The notes beneath the pieces are model-generated. The model was given only the letters and a program-made list of their open reading frames with translations, was not told where the DNA came from and searched no databases. Shown piece by piece: positions 1-8,606 of a DNA stretch of 32,000 nt. Each line of letters begins with the position of its first letter. Within the stretch, counting starts at the first letter, position 1. A program made the position numbers and the translations under genes. The stretch comes from Candidatus Electronema aureum. GTDB taxonomy: Bacteria; Desulfobacterota; Desulfobulbia; Desulfobulbales; Desulfobulbaceae. The DNA lies in contig NQJD01000016.1 of the NCBI GenBank assembly GCA_004284765.1, positions 1 through 32,000 of the forward strand, read 5' to 3'.

Positions 1-762
1 TATTGGTATCTGTTCCGCCGACAATGCTCACCGTGGCCGGAACAATCGCGTCGCCCGTGGTGTCGTTGTCCAAAACAGCGACTGTCTTCGCTACGCCCGG
101 TGTATATGCGTCGCTGTCATCAACCGCGACAGGCAGCGGGTCGGCGGTCAAGCTCACTGTGGCTTGGTTCGAGACATTGCCCTGCGCATCCTTGCCCGTG
201 TACTGAATCGGGGTCGGGTTGCCGGTGAAGCCAGACTCTGGCGTGAAGACGATCTGCCCGCTGGCGTTGACCGTCCAAACACCCTCGCTGGACACGGTCA
301 GCGAGTCTAGCGTGCCGTCACTATTGGTATCTGTTCCGCCGACAATGCTCACCGTGGCCGGAACAATCGCGTCGCCCGTGGTGTCGTTGTCCAAAACAGC
401 GACTGTCTTCGCTACGCCCGGTGTATATGCGTCGCTGTCATCAACCGCCTTGGGCACATAATCAATCGTGATCATGGCCTGATTGGACACCAAGCCCGTG
501 CTGTCGCTGACCGTGTAAGGAATAGAGGTCGGATCGCCTGTGAAGCCGGCTTCTGGCGTGAATGTCACGTTACCGAGATCATCCACAGTCCAATCGCCCT
601 CGCCGCTTACCGCCAAACTAGTCTGGCGGCCCGGTGTAGCTGGATCCAAGTCCACCGTGCCAACATCTAAGTCATTGTTCGGATCGCTGTCGTTGGCGGT
701 CACGCTTAAAGTCATATTTCCCGGCTGGTTGCCGGTGCTGCTGTCATCTGCCGCAACAGGAG
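1..762 (-). repeat. Tandem adhesin repeats of about 104-107 aa (CshA-fibril / cadherin-like type) inside the giant CDS; 3 units, the last cut by the window edge
   Basis: Unit signature: (A/V)DDSxxxTPGxxxTVxVLxNDxxGD...GxWTVxxxGxVTFTPExGFTGxPTxIxYxxxDxxGxxSNxAxV. Units lie at about 759-449, 448-128 and 127-1. Nucleotides 1-127 are identical to 322-448, an offset of 321 nt (107 codons). Confidence 0.75.
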
Positions 763-3700
763 GGTCACCCAACCCAAAATCAACACCCGTAACATCTCCG
801 CCTCCAGAAACAGCGGCATTTTTTGGATTCGGCGCGTTGGTCAGAAGTGTGCCTACTGGCGGCATAACAAGAACCTGATAGTCGTCGCCGTCAGCACTGT
901 CAGGCAAACCGGTAAAGCTGTAACTTCCATCCGGGCCACTGAGGATGACTGCCAGCGGCTCATTAGTTCCGATAACTGTCCCTGGTGCGTACAGTTTAAC
1001 TGTGACAGCAGGATACCCAAGCTCGCCTGAATCCAACGTGCCGGTAGCATTAGCATCACTCCAAACTGTGCCGCTGATACTGCCGGTGTTGGTAGCGGGG
1101 ACATATCCCACATTATGAACCGTCGTGGCACCGCTGACTAACGTAAGAGTGGCGTTGTTGTTCTTGTCCACTCCGCTGGTCAAAACATAGCCGTCAGGAG
1201 TGCTGACGCTCACCGTGGTTGAACCTGCTGGCAGAACAAGTTGGTAAAAACCGTTGTCATCTGTGTACGCTGTGTAATACAGGCCGTTTGAGGCCAGCAC
1301 ATTGACCAGAACCCCCGCCAGCGGAGTATCTACGAGATTGATGCCGCCGTCGCTGGTGTTTTGGTCATGATAAATGGTGCCTTGCAAAACTGCGGTGCCA
1401 GCTCCAAGCACCGTGACGTTTTCGACTGTGGTGGAAGTAGGATCGAAGGGGATGATGCCTACGCCAGCTTTGATCAGGCCCACTTCATTATCGTAGGTGC
1501 CCGGAGAAGTGCCAGCGGCGATGTCAGCTTGGAAGGTGATGGTCACGCTGCCAGTTGCTGGAACAGTAATTGTCCAGACTGGAATGGCGGAACCTGTCGG
1601 TTCACCAGCTCCAGCGGTTCCGCCGGTGCTGCCAGCTTTGTAGGTGAAGCCCGGCGGCAGCTGGTCAGTCACTGCCACGCCAGCAATAGCCGCAGCAGTT
1701 GAATTGCCGACTGTGATAGTGTAGCTTGCAACGTTATCTGGTGCGGTCACGCTGCGCACTGCTGTACTCGTGGACTTCGTGACGCTCAGGCCACCGATAT
1801 TGATGTTCAGCGAGTTGGAAACTTCGGTGGTTTCGCTGCTGTCAATCTTGGCCGTATTGGTCACAGTGCCTGTGCCGGTCGGGAAGACAGTCACCTGCAC
1901 TGTGCCGCTGGCACCGGCAGTGAGGGTGCCGATATTCCAAGTAACGTCTTGCCCGCTCACTGTACCTGAATTGCTGCTGCTGAAATATTCCAACTCCGCA
2001 GGCAAGGTATCCGTCACCACCACATTGCTGGCATCAGCATTGCCAGTGTTCTGGTAAATCAGGCTATATGTGGCACTGCCGAAAACATTCGTTCCGCTGC
2101 TGGCTGTGATGGCAGCATCTACGGTCAAACTTTTGCTGCTCAGGCTCACAATACGGGCTGTAGTGCTGCCCACTTTGATATATTGCCCCACTTCAAAGGC
2201 AGCGGTACTGCTGACAAACAGGGTTGTGCCGTTTGCAGCTGCCGTCAATGTGGCCGAAGGATAGGCCAAGCTGGTGGCTCCGCTCTTTTGAATGGTCAGC
2301 AACGGGGCGGCAGTGACCGTGCTGCTGGCTGTGGCTTGACGGCTGCCGTGGTTGCTGGCTGAAGCCGTAGCGGTGTTGGGAACGTCTGTCGCTCCCGCAG
2401 GCATGGTGCTGTTGACAAGCACCTTGAAGCTCATAGTCACAGTGGTGCCGCCATTCACATCGCCCAGATCAAAGCGAACCCGGTTGCCCACAGGATCGAA
2501 GGAAGCGGTGCCTTGGTTTGTCGTTACACTTGCTGGCACATAGCTAGTATAGGTAGGAATTGGGTCTGTCACCAGCACCCCAGTGGCAGCACCGGAGCCG
2601 TTGTTGACCAAGGTCAGCGTGTAGGTGAGTGTGTCACCGGGGCTGGAGGCGGTTTTGTCCACCGTCTTGCTCAGGGCAAGGTTGGGGTTAGTGCTGATGG
2701 CGACGGTGACGGTGTTGCTGGTGGCCGTGCCTGTTCCGCCGCCTCCATAAATGCCGGTGGCCAAGTTGTCCTTTTCAGTCACGCCGTTGGGCGCACCAGC
2801 CTGAACCGTCATGGTGAAGGTGGCGGTTTTGGTTGCTCCGGCGGCAAGGGGGCCGATGTTCCAAGTGAGAACCCCGGCGGTTTGGGAGCATGTGCCCGCA
2901 CCTGTGCTGCACGAGCCGTAAGTGAACCATGCCTCATCAGGGAAGTTGTCCGTAACTGTCACACCGGTGGCATCAAGGGTGCCGCTGTTGACCGCCATCA
3001 GGGTGTAGGTGACAGTGTCGCCCACTGTCAGCAAGGTCTTGTTAGCAGATTTGAAGATGCGGACATCAGGCTGACGGGTGTCTACCGTGGTGGTGGCCGA
3101 GGCACTGGCCGGTGTAGCCGCCGTGGCCGAGAAGGTAGCGTTGTTGACCAGACTGGTTTTTCCCGTCAGGTCGTCATCCACATTGACCGTAATGGTCACA
3201 CTGCCCGTACCACTCGCAGCAACACTCGCTCCGGTAAAAGTCACAACCCCGCCACTGTGCGAGCAGCCGGTAAAATGCGACGAACCGACACTGCACGATG
3301 AATAGGTCGTACCCGCCGGAAGGTTATCCGAGATTGATGGACTCGATACCGCTGTCGCAGAACTGGTGTTCGCGTACTTCAAGGTGTAGGTGAGCTGCCG
3401 ACCCATTCCATTCTTCGCTATGGACGGAGTGTTGACCTCTTTTTCCAAGGCGAGTTTGGGATTGGATATACAGACGTTGCTCTTTGACAGTGCCAATTGG
3501 ACGGTGCTATCAATCGGGCTGGTAGTATTTCCGTCCCATTCCAACGCAATTCGCCTGCTAGTGCTTTGGGCCTCAAGCACCCAGCGAATCATGTGTCCGC
3601 TTGGCAGAGTCGTTGAGGCATTAGTAACCGTTAGATCGACAAACGACGACTTGTTGGCCGCAGCTACACTTGGAGATGTGCCTATCGCAGTAAAAATTCC

Positions 3701-6700
3701 GGTGGTTGGGTTATAAGTTCCTACAGTAGCTCTAATGTTTGGGTTGGTTCCATTAACACGGTCATAGTAGACCGTCAGGGTAATATTGCCCGTAATGGTC
3801 TGGGTGCTCGCAGCTACGGCTGAATAGAACCTGGCCACTTCATAATACGAAGCGTCGCGTGTAGCAAGTTCAATTGCCTCACCGGTATCACCAGCGACCG
3901 GAACGGGCGAAGTGCTTGCAATTCGCCGTGTCCCATCGTTGGCAATCCCGGCAGTCTCGTTGCGAAAATAGTAATCTGTACAAACAGAACCAGTTTCGGA
4001 GATGCCCACATTCGCCGTGTCTGTCACTGAATCCGCATTTGCAGCAGTCAATGTGGCGGTGTTCACGGCTGGATTGCTGGTGCCTATGAAAGGATTGCTG
4101 GCTTGCGCGGTGACGGTCACTGAGGCTGTTGCATCCACTGCCAAATCGCCGATGGTCCACGTCACAGTGCCGTTAGATCCCACCGCTGGCGCAGAACTGG
4201 GTGAACCTGTGGCGCTGACGTAGGTAAATCCATTCGGCAACGGATCAGTCAGAGTTACTCCGGTGGCAGCCGCTGTGCCTATGTTCCGATAGGCCAAGGT
4301 ATAAGTTATGTTTCCGCTAGGATTGACCGTGGCTGCGCTGGAGGTTTTCTCCAGCACAAGCACCGGCCTTGGGGCATTAATATAAACCGAGGCCGTAGTG
4401 CTGGCCGGATCAGTCTTGTTGCTGTCTATCGTGACGGTGTTGACGCTGTTTGCCGGGCCGCTGTAAGGAGTATCTACCGTGACGCTGTAGGAAACAGTGT
4501 ACGGCCCTTCGCCTGCATAGAGACCAGCACGGTTCCACGTCAGGGTACGGGTAACGCTGTCGTAGGCGCATCCGTCACTGCAACTGCCGAAAGTGAGACC
4601 AGCAGGCAAAATGTCAGTGATGACCACACTGCTGACATCTACGGTGGAGTCGTTGGAATAGCGGATGGTGTAGTTTATTGTTTCGCCCGGCGCACGGGTG
4701 AAATTGTCCGGGGTCTTGCTGATGGTCAGCCGGGGTGCTCCGACATTAATGGTCACTGGCGGGCTGACTATCGGACCATAGCTGGTTGCAGCATTGGCGG
4801 TGTTGGTGTAGTTGCCCACCACAGAGCTGGCGATGGCAACGAATGTCAGAGACAGGCTGCTGTCGGGGGCTATGCTTAATGGATTATTGTTATTACTCCA
4901 AGAAAGTATTTGCCCAGTCTCGCTTGGTTCACTATCATCAAAATCGCCAGTCGTGCTGTTAGGCTTATAGCTGAATCCCGGAGGCAAGGTGTCTTGAACT
5001 GTTGTGACCGTGATGGGCGATGGGTTTTTCAACGGATTTGTAACAGTCAGGGTGAAAGTGACTTCTCCGCCTACAGAAACTTCACTGACAGACGCTGTTT
5101 TTGTAATAACCGGCTCTACACCACAGACGTTCACAGAAAGCTCGGTGCCTGTGGTGGCGATTTTGGTGCCGGTCTCGTCGGGATTGCCCCACCAGTCTTC
5201 TTTTTCGTCAGGCGTTGCGGAGCTGTCATGCTGCGCGTCGTAAATGGCCTCTTGACCGTCGAGCCATCCAACCACGCCGCTGGGCTGTTCCCATTGCTTG
5301 AGGTCGCCGTTCCAGACCCAGCCGTTGGAATACACCTTGGCGGTGGGAGAATTTTCAGAAGGCGTGTAGCCCGCCAAATAGGAAAAAGTGCGGTTGGCCA
5401 CCGGCGCATTGGGAACGTCGTCATCCACCTTCGCCGGATCATCCACCGCTTGAACACCGATCAGGTAGGCACCTTTGAGCAGGCCGGAGGAATCCCAGTT
5501 CGCCTGCCACGTGTTGAGCGTGCCAGCTTTCTGTGTGCCGGTGGCGGCGTATGTCCACTCGCCTCCTGTCTCATCCGCCGCGCCGTTACCGTTCACATCA
5601 TGCCAGTAGTAGAAATCGACACTGGCGATGGATGGCTCAACCACCCCGCTGTTGTTATTCACATACAAGGTGTCCTGCACTCTGGCGGTGAGCTTGGTGG
5701 TGGTGCTCGACGCGCAGTTGGTGGAGCCTTCAGCTAATACTTCGGAAACGATGGGCTGGGCGTAGGGTTCGTCCCGGTTGAAGGAAAGATAATCGCCAAA
5801 CGGGGCTGGTTGGTTGGGGTCAGCAAGCCAAGTGCGGTTGAGGGCGCAGTCTTTCTGCAAAGGATTGTTTAAGCTGTTCGCTGTGCAGAACAGCATGGAA
5901 ATCGGCGTGTTACGGGTGATCGTCGGGCCGCCGTGCGCACTGGCATCCAGCATCTTGATCGGAATTTGATAATCCACAAAATACTCGGTGCAGCTATTGG
6001 CGGAAACTTTGATGGCGCGGGTTGTGCCGAAATCGTAGAAAACTTCAGCCGCTCCATTGGGCCAAGAAGTGTCAGGCGCGTTGCTGTTGTGATAATTAAG
6101 AAGGACACCGCTTGGATCTGCCACAGCAGCAGGATTATGGCCCAGCAGAAAAATGTTAGGATCGTCCACGTAGCTGATTGATTGTGTGGGCATCTTGCCG
6201 TAGATGCCTGCAACGGTGTCAATAGCGGTAGCCGGGCCACCGGAAGAGCCGTTGAGGTGGGCGGCCAAGTCGCGGTAGCCGGTACCGTCAATATCAAAGA
6301 ATACGGTCCAAAGGCCGGATTTCCACGGGTCGGTGCTGCCGTAGCTGCCGCCTTTATCATAAGAATGAGCAATCTGTTCAACACGCCAGCGAAAAAAAAG
6401 GACATCTTCCGACCCATCCGCCGCTGCCCCTTTTCTCATGCTGTAATAGATGCTGGGCAGATTCTTGTCAATGCACGAGGAAGCAATATTGACGTAGTTT
6501 TGAGGCGAGGTGCCGCCGTTGGAGGGATCCTGCACACGCGGGTCGTTTGCTCCAGTCTGGAAGCGGGTGTAAGGCTTCCAGTCGCCGCAGCTAGTGCCGC
6601 AGTTGAGCGGATTGGTTGGTTCGCTGGGCCAAGCGGCAACAGGGAAATGCAGCGCGGTGTTTGCTGTTGTGGGTGGATAGGGATCCGCCTGCGCCGCTGA

Positions 6701-6793
6701 AAATGGCATCGCCGCAGTCAGCATCGCCGCAGCAACGGCAAGACGAACTATAAAACTTCGGCCCGCTGAATAGTTTCTTCTTAATTTTTTCAT
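1..6793 (-). CDS. Giant secreted adhesin-like surface protein (N-terminus complete, C-terminus beyond window; at least 2264 codons)
   Basis: ATG at 6793-6791 is preceded by GAGGAG. Hand translation of the reverse complement stays open to position 1, in a frame that no track ORF occupies. The Sec signal is MKKLRRNYSAGRSFIVRLAVAAAMLTAAMPFSAAQA|DP. An unassigned domain of about 520 aa follows (about 5116-6685). Then come 8 DUF11-type 'conserved repeat domain' units (about 1400-5115), with signatures such as VTLTDPLPNGFTYVS, VTVTDNFPDEAWFTYGSC, VLVTDPIPTYTSYVP and VAVTDQLPPGFTYKAGS. Two SdrD-B/Cna-B-like units follow (about 766-1385), e.g. GTVWSDANATGTLDSGELGYPAVTVKLY...DGSYSFTGL. CshA-type repeats occupy 1-762. 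Confidence 0.85.
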   Translation of the reverse strand, partial: MKKLRRNYSAGRSFIVRLAVAAAMLTAAMPFSAAQADPYPPTTANTALHFPVAAWPSEPTNPLNCGTSCGDWKPYTRFQTGANDPRVQDPSNGGTSPQNYVNIASSCIDKNLPSIYYSMRKGAAADGSEDVLFFRWRVEQIAHSYDKGGSYGSTDPWKSGLWTVFFDIDGTGYRDLAAHLNGSSGGPATAIDTVAGIYGKMPTQSISYVDDPNIFLLGHNPAAVADPSGVLLNYHNSNAPDTSWPNGAAEVFYDFGTTRAIKVSANSCTEYFVDYQIPIKMLDASAHGGPTITRNTPISMLFCTANSLNNPLQKDCALNRTWLADPNQPAPFGDYLSFNRDEPYAQPIVSEVLAEGSTNCASSTTTKLTARVQDTLYVNNNSGVVEPSIASVDFYYWHDVNGNGAADETGGEWTYAATGTQKAGTLNTWQANWDSSGLLKGAYLIGVQAVDDPAKVDDDVPNAPVANRTFSYLAGYTPSENSPTAKVYSNGWVWNGDLKQWEQPSGVVGWLDGQEAIYDAQHDSSATPDEKEDWWGNPDETGTKIATTGTELSVNVCGVEPVITKTASVSEVSVGGEVTFTLTVTNPLKNPSPITVTTVQDTLPPGFSYKPNSTTGDFDDSEPSETGQILSWSNNNNPLSIAPDSSLSLTFVAIASSVVGNYTNTANAATSYGPIVSPPVTINVGAPRLTISKTPDNFTRAPGETINYTIRYSNDSTVDVSSVVITDILPAGLTFGSCSDGCAYDSVTRTLTWNRAGLYAGEGPYTVSYSVTVDTPYSGPANSVNTVTIDSNKTDPASTTASVYINAPRPVLVLEKTSSAATVNPSGNITYTLAYRNIGTAAATGVTLTDPLPNGFTYVSATGSPSSAPAVGSNGTVTWTIGDLAVDATASVTVTAQASNPFIGTSNPAVNTATLTAANADSVTDTANVGISETGSVCTDYYFRNETAGIANDGTRRIASTSPVPVAGDTGEAIELATRDASYYEVARFYSAVAASTQTITGNITLTVYYDRVNGTNPNIRATVGTYNPTTGIFTAIGTSPSVAAANKSSFVDLTVTNASTTLPSGHMIRWVLEAQSTSRRIALEWDGNTTSPIDSTVQLALSKSNVCISNPKLALEKEVNTPSIAKNGMGRQLTYTLKYANTSSATAVSSPSISDNLPAGTTYSSCSVGSSHFTGCSHSGGVVTFTGASVAASGTGSVTITVNVDDDLTGKTSLVNNATFSATAATPASASATTTVDTRQPDVRIFKSANKTLLTVGDTVTYTLMAVNSGTLDATGVTVTDNFPDEAWFTYGSCSTGAGTCSQTAGVLTWNIGPLAAGATKTATFTMTVQAGAPNGVTEKDNLATGIYGGGGTGTATSNTVTVAISTNPNLALSKTVDKTASSPGDTLTYTLTLVNNGSGAATGVLVTDPIPTYTSYVPASVTTNQGTASFDPVGNRVRFDLGDVNGGTTVTMSFKVLVNSTMPAGATDVPNTATASASNHGSRQATASSTVTAAPLLTIQKSGATSLAYPSATLTAAANGTTLFVSSTAAFEVGQYIKVGSTTARIVSLSSKSLTVDAAITASSGTNVFGSATYSLIYQNTGNADASNVVVTDTLPAELEYFSSSNSGTVSGQDVTWNIGTLTAGASGTVQVTVFPTGTGTVTNTAKIDSSETTEVSNSLNINIGGLSVTKSTSTAVRSVTAPDNVASYTITVGNSTAAAIAGVAVTDQLPPGFTYKAGSTGGTAGAGEPTGSAIPVWTITVPATGSVTITFQADIAAGTSPGTYDNEVGLIKAGVGIIPFDPTSTTVENVTVLGAGTAVLQGTIYHDQNTSDGGINLVDTPLAGVLVNVLASNGLYYTAYTDDNGFYQLVLPAGSTTVSVSTPDGYVLTSGVDKNNNATLTLVSGATTVHNVGYVPATNTGSISGTVWSDANATGTLDSGELGYPAVTVKLYAPGTVIGTNEPLAVILSGPDGSYSFTGLPDSADGDDYQVLVMPPVGTLLTNAPNPKNAAVSGGGDVTGVDFGLGDPPVAADDSSTGNQPGNMTLSVTANDSDPNNDLDVGTVDLDPATPGRQTSLAVSGEGDWTVDDLGNVTFTPEAGFTGDPTSIPYTVSDSTGLVSNQAMITIDYVPKAVDDSDAYTPGVAKTVAVLDNDTTGDAIVPATVSIVGGTDTNSDGTLDSLTVSSEGVWTVNASGQIVFTPESGFTGNPTPIQYTGKDAQGNVSNQATVSLTADPLPVAVDDSDAYTPGVAKTVAVLDNDTTGDAIVPATVSIVGGTDTN

Positions 6794-6909
6794 GACGGTC
6801 TCCTCAGTATCTCGACAGGATGCACCTTGCCGATCCTGCATTGTACCACAATGTTCTTTTTGCATTCTTTTCCATTATTACCTGCTAACAATATTGATTC
6901 CCTTTTAAA

Positions 6910-6938
6910 ATTATATATTTTTACAGTGAAAACAGCAA
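6910..6938 (-). promoter_or_regulatory. Candidate sigma70 promoter of the giant adhesin gene
   Basis: On the minus strand: TTGCTG (6938-6933), a 17-nt spacer, then TATAAT (6915-6910). This implies a 5' UTR of about 110 nt before the ATG at 6793. Confidence 0.5.
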
Positions 6939-6962
6939 GGGGAAAATGCTTTTCTTTTGTTA

Positions 6963-6971
6963 CCCCCCCCC
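6963..6971. repeat. C9 (G9 on the adhesin strand) homopolymer tract, 24 nt upstream of the candidate -35
   Basis: Counted directly: ...tttgttaCCCCCCCCCataacg... Confidence 0.9.
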
Positions 6972-6977
6972 ATAACG

Positions 6978-7013
6978 TAACAATGCAAAATAATAAATTA
7001 TTTTGCATTGTTA
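6978..7013. promoter_or_regulatory. 36-bp perfect AT-rich palindrome (17-bp arms, 2-nt centre); candidate operator
   Basis: TAACAATGCAAAATAAT-AA-ATTATTTTGCATTGTTA. It lies upstream of the adhesin promoter and 90 nt downstream of the CDF stop. Confidence 0.5.
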
Positions 7014-7102
7014 ATCATCGGCTACGTAAGTGAATACAGCAGATTTTGTGGTATCTAAACACTGAGTTCAGCAACGCAATATTGTCAGGAGAATAATTCC
7101 AG

Positions 7103-8023
7103 TTAGATGTCAGAGGGTATCTCAACACGGTCCAGCTCGGTATCATGCCAAGAAGCAGGATCATTGAGTGATTCCAAATGAGTGAATGCTGTAGTGTTTG
7201 GCACAGCACGGTAAAGGTCGGCTTCAATCTGCTCCAAAAGTTCATGTCCTTTTTGAACTGTCCATGCACCGGGCACCAGCACATGCAAGGAGACAAAACG
7301 GCGCACTCCCGCTCGGCGGGTGCGTAGGGCGTGGAACTGCACACTGTTTTGACTGTGCTGATCCAAAACCCGCTGAATTGCTTCCAGCTCATCAGCGGGC
7401 AGGGCTGTATCCATCAAGCCCAGAACCGAACTGCGCACGATGCGGATTCCTGCCCAGATGATATTACCCGCCACGATGAGGGCAACAAGAGGATCAAGCT
7501 GCTGCCAGCCGGTCAGTTCCACCGCGCTGACACCGATGAGTACCCCTACTGATGTCCAAACATCGGTCAACAGGTGCTGGGCATTCGCCTCAAGGGTGAT
7601 GGAATGATAGCGTTTGCTGGCTTTTAATAAAAAAAGGGCGACAAAGAGGTTCACCAACGAGGCTACAACGGACACCGCTATGCCGATTCCAATCTGCTCT
7701 AACGGCTTTGGGGCAAAAAAACGTTGCACAGCGGTCACGCCGATGCTTACTGCTGCGACCAAAATCAATATTCCTTCCGCACCGCTGGAGAAATATTCGG
7801 CTTTACTGTGGCCATAGGCATGATCTTCATCTGCTGGGCGAGCTGCTATTGTCAGCATGGCCAAGGCCATCAGCGCACCAGCTAAATTGACAAGGGATTC
7901 AACGGCATCGGAAAGCAAGCCGACTGAACCTGTCATTAGGTAGGCTGTAGTTTTGAGAATAATAGTGAGAACAGCAGCAGCAATGGAAAGCCACGCAAAG
8001 CGAGTCAGCGATTCTGATGGCAT
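7103..8023 (-). CDS. Cation diffusion facilitator (CDF) metal efflux transporter, FieF/YiiP-like
   Basis: 306 aa. It aligns by eye with E. coli YiiP: [31 protein letters not shown] and the TM5 HLLTD (HxxxD) motif. A C-terminal cytoplasmic domain is present. Confidence 0.85.
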   Translation of the reverse strand: MPSESLTRFAWLSIAAAVLTIILKTTAYLMTGSVGLLSDAVESLVNLAGALMALAMLTIAARPADEDHAYGHSKAEYFSSGAEGILILVAAVSIGVTAVQRFFAPKPLEQIGIGIAVSVVASLVNLFVALFLLKASKRYHSITLEANAQHLLTDVWTSVGVLIGVSAVELTGWQQLDPLVALIVAGNIIWAGIRIVRSSVLGLMDTALPADELEAIQRVLDQHSQNSVQFHALRTRRAGVRRFVSLHVLVPGAWTVQKGHELLEQIEADLYRAVPNTTAFTHLESLNDPASWHDTELDRVEIPSDI

Positions 8024-8109
8024 ATTTCAGTAGTAGATGCGCGAGATGTAGTCAAAAAATGCCGGCTCCAGAACAGAACCGGCAGGCTGATCAGTCTGTT
8101 GTTACAGCA

Positions 8110-8454
8110 TTATTTGGAATCATACTGACCGTCTTCCGTCACCTTTTCCATGATTTCAGAGACCTCATAATAGGTATGACCGAACAAAGAGGCAGCCGCA
8201 CTGTAGGTGTAGGTGATTTTCACTCTCCGTCGCTCCAGCAGCTCAAACTTGAACTCTGTTGGTAGCTTCAAGAGTTCAAGCTCCTTTTTCAGATAACCTT
8301 TTACCAGCTCTTCGTTATCGTACTTCTTAATTTTGTTAGCCTGCTCCTGAATCACGTAGCCGGTTTTCTTTTTCTGGATCATAATAGTACCGATCTGCCA
8401 AGATGGCACCCCGACAACGGCCAGAATTAAAACTATCACTATGTTGCGAACCAT
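8110..8454 (-). CDS. Hypothetical protein with an N-terminal membrane anchor
   Basis: 114-aa ORF. It has one N-terminal hydrophobic helix (IVIVLILAVVGVPSW) followed by a Lys/Glu-rich soluble part. I recognise no motif. Confidence 0.5.
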   Translation of the reverse strand: MVRNIVIVLILAVVGVPSWQIGTIMIQKKKTGYVIQEQANKIKKYDNEELVKGYLKKELELLKLPTEFKFELLERRRVKITYTYSAAASLFGHTYYEVSEIMEKVTEDGQYDSK

Positions 8455-8606
8455 AATTGCATCCTCCTGTGGTTAGAGCTGCCTAAAAAATATCCTGTCT
8501 TTCTTTATCATAGTATGGAACTGTTATCTTAGCAAAATAAAAAATTATCCGCCCGACAGCAGGTCTGGTTCTGACTTGACAAAGCAAAGCCGGTTCGGTA
8601 GAGAAG

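Noticed and set aside
1-762. Regularly spaced identical repeats at the left edge, considered as a possible CRISPR array or satellite
   Set aside because: The period is 321 nt and in frame, and the 'spacers' are homologous coding sequence. The units translate into adhesin repeat domains, so this is a coding tandem repeat and not a CRISPR array.
3-6700. The many track ORFs over the first 6.7 kb: mostly plus-strand (e.g. 2513-3301, 262 aa; 4910-5737, 275 aa; 6182-6700, 172 aa), plus minus-strand ORFs in other frames (853-1131, 5869-6417 and others)
   Set aside because: Their products are low-complexity Gly/Arg/Val/Thr-rich strings with no RBS or motifs. All lie inside, and out of frame with or antisense to, the continuous minus-strand adhesin frame, which has a signal peptide and clear domain repeats. 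They are shadow ORFs.
6978-7013. The 36-bp palindrome, considered as a Rho-independent terminator of the CDF gene
   Set aside because: The stem is almost entirely A/T. On the CDF strand it is followed by cgttatGGGGGGGGG rather than a U-tract. An operator role for the divergent or downstream adhesin promoter fits better.
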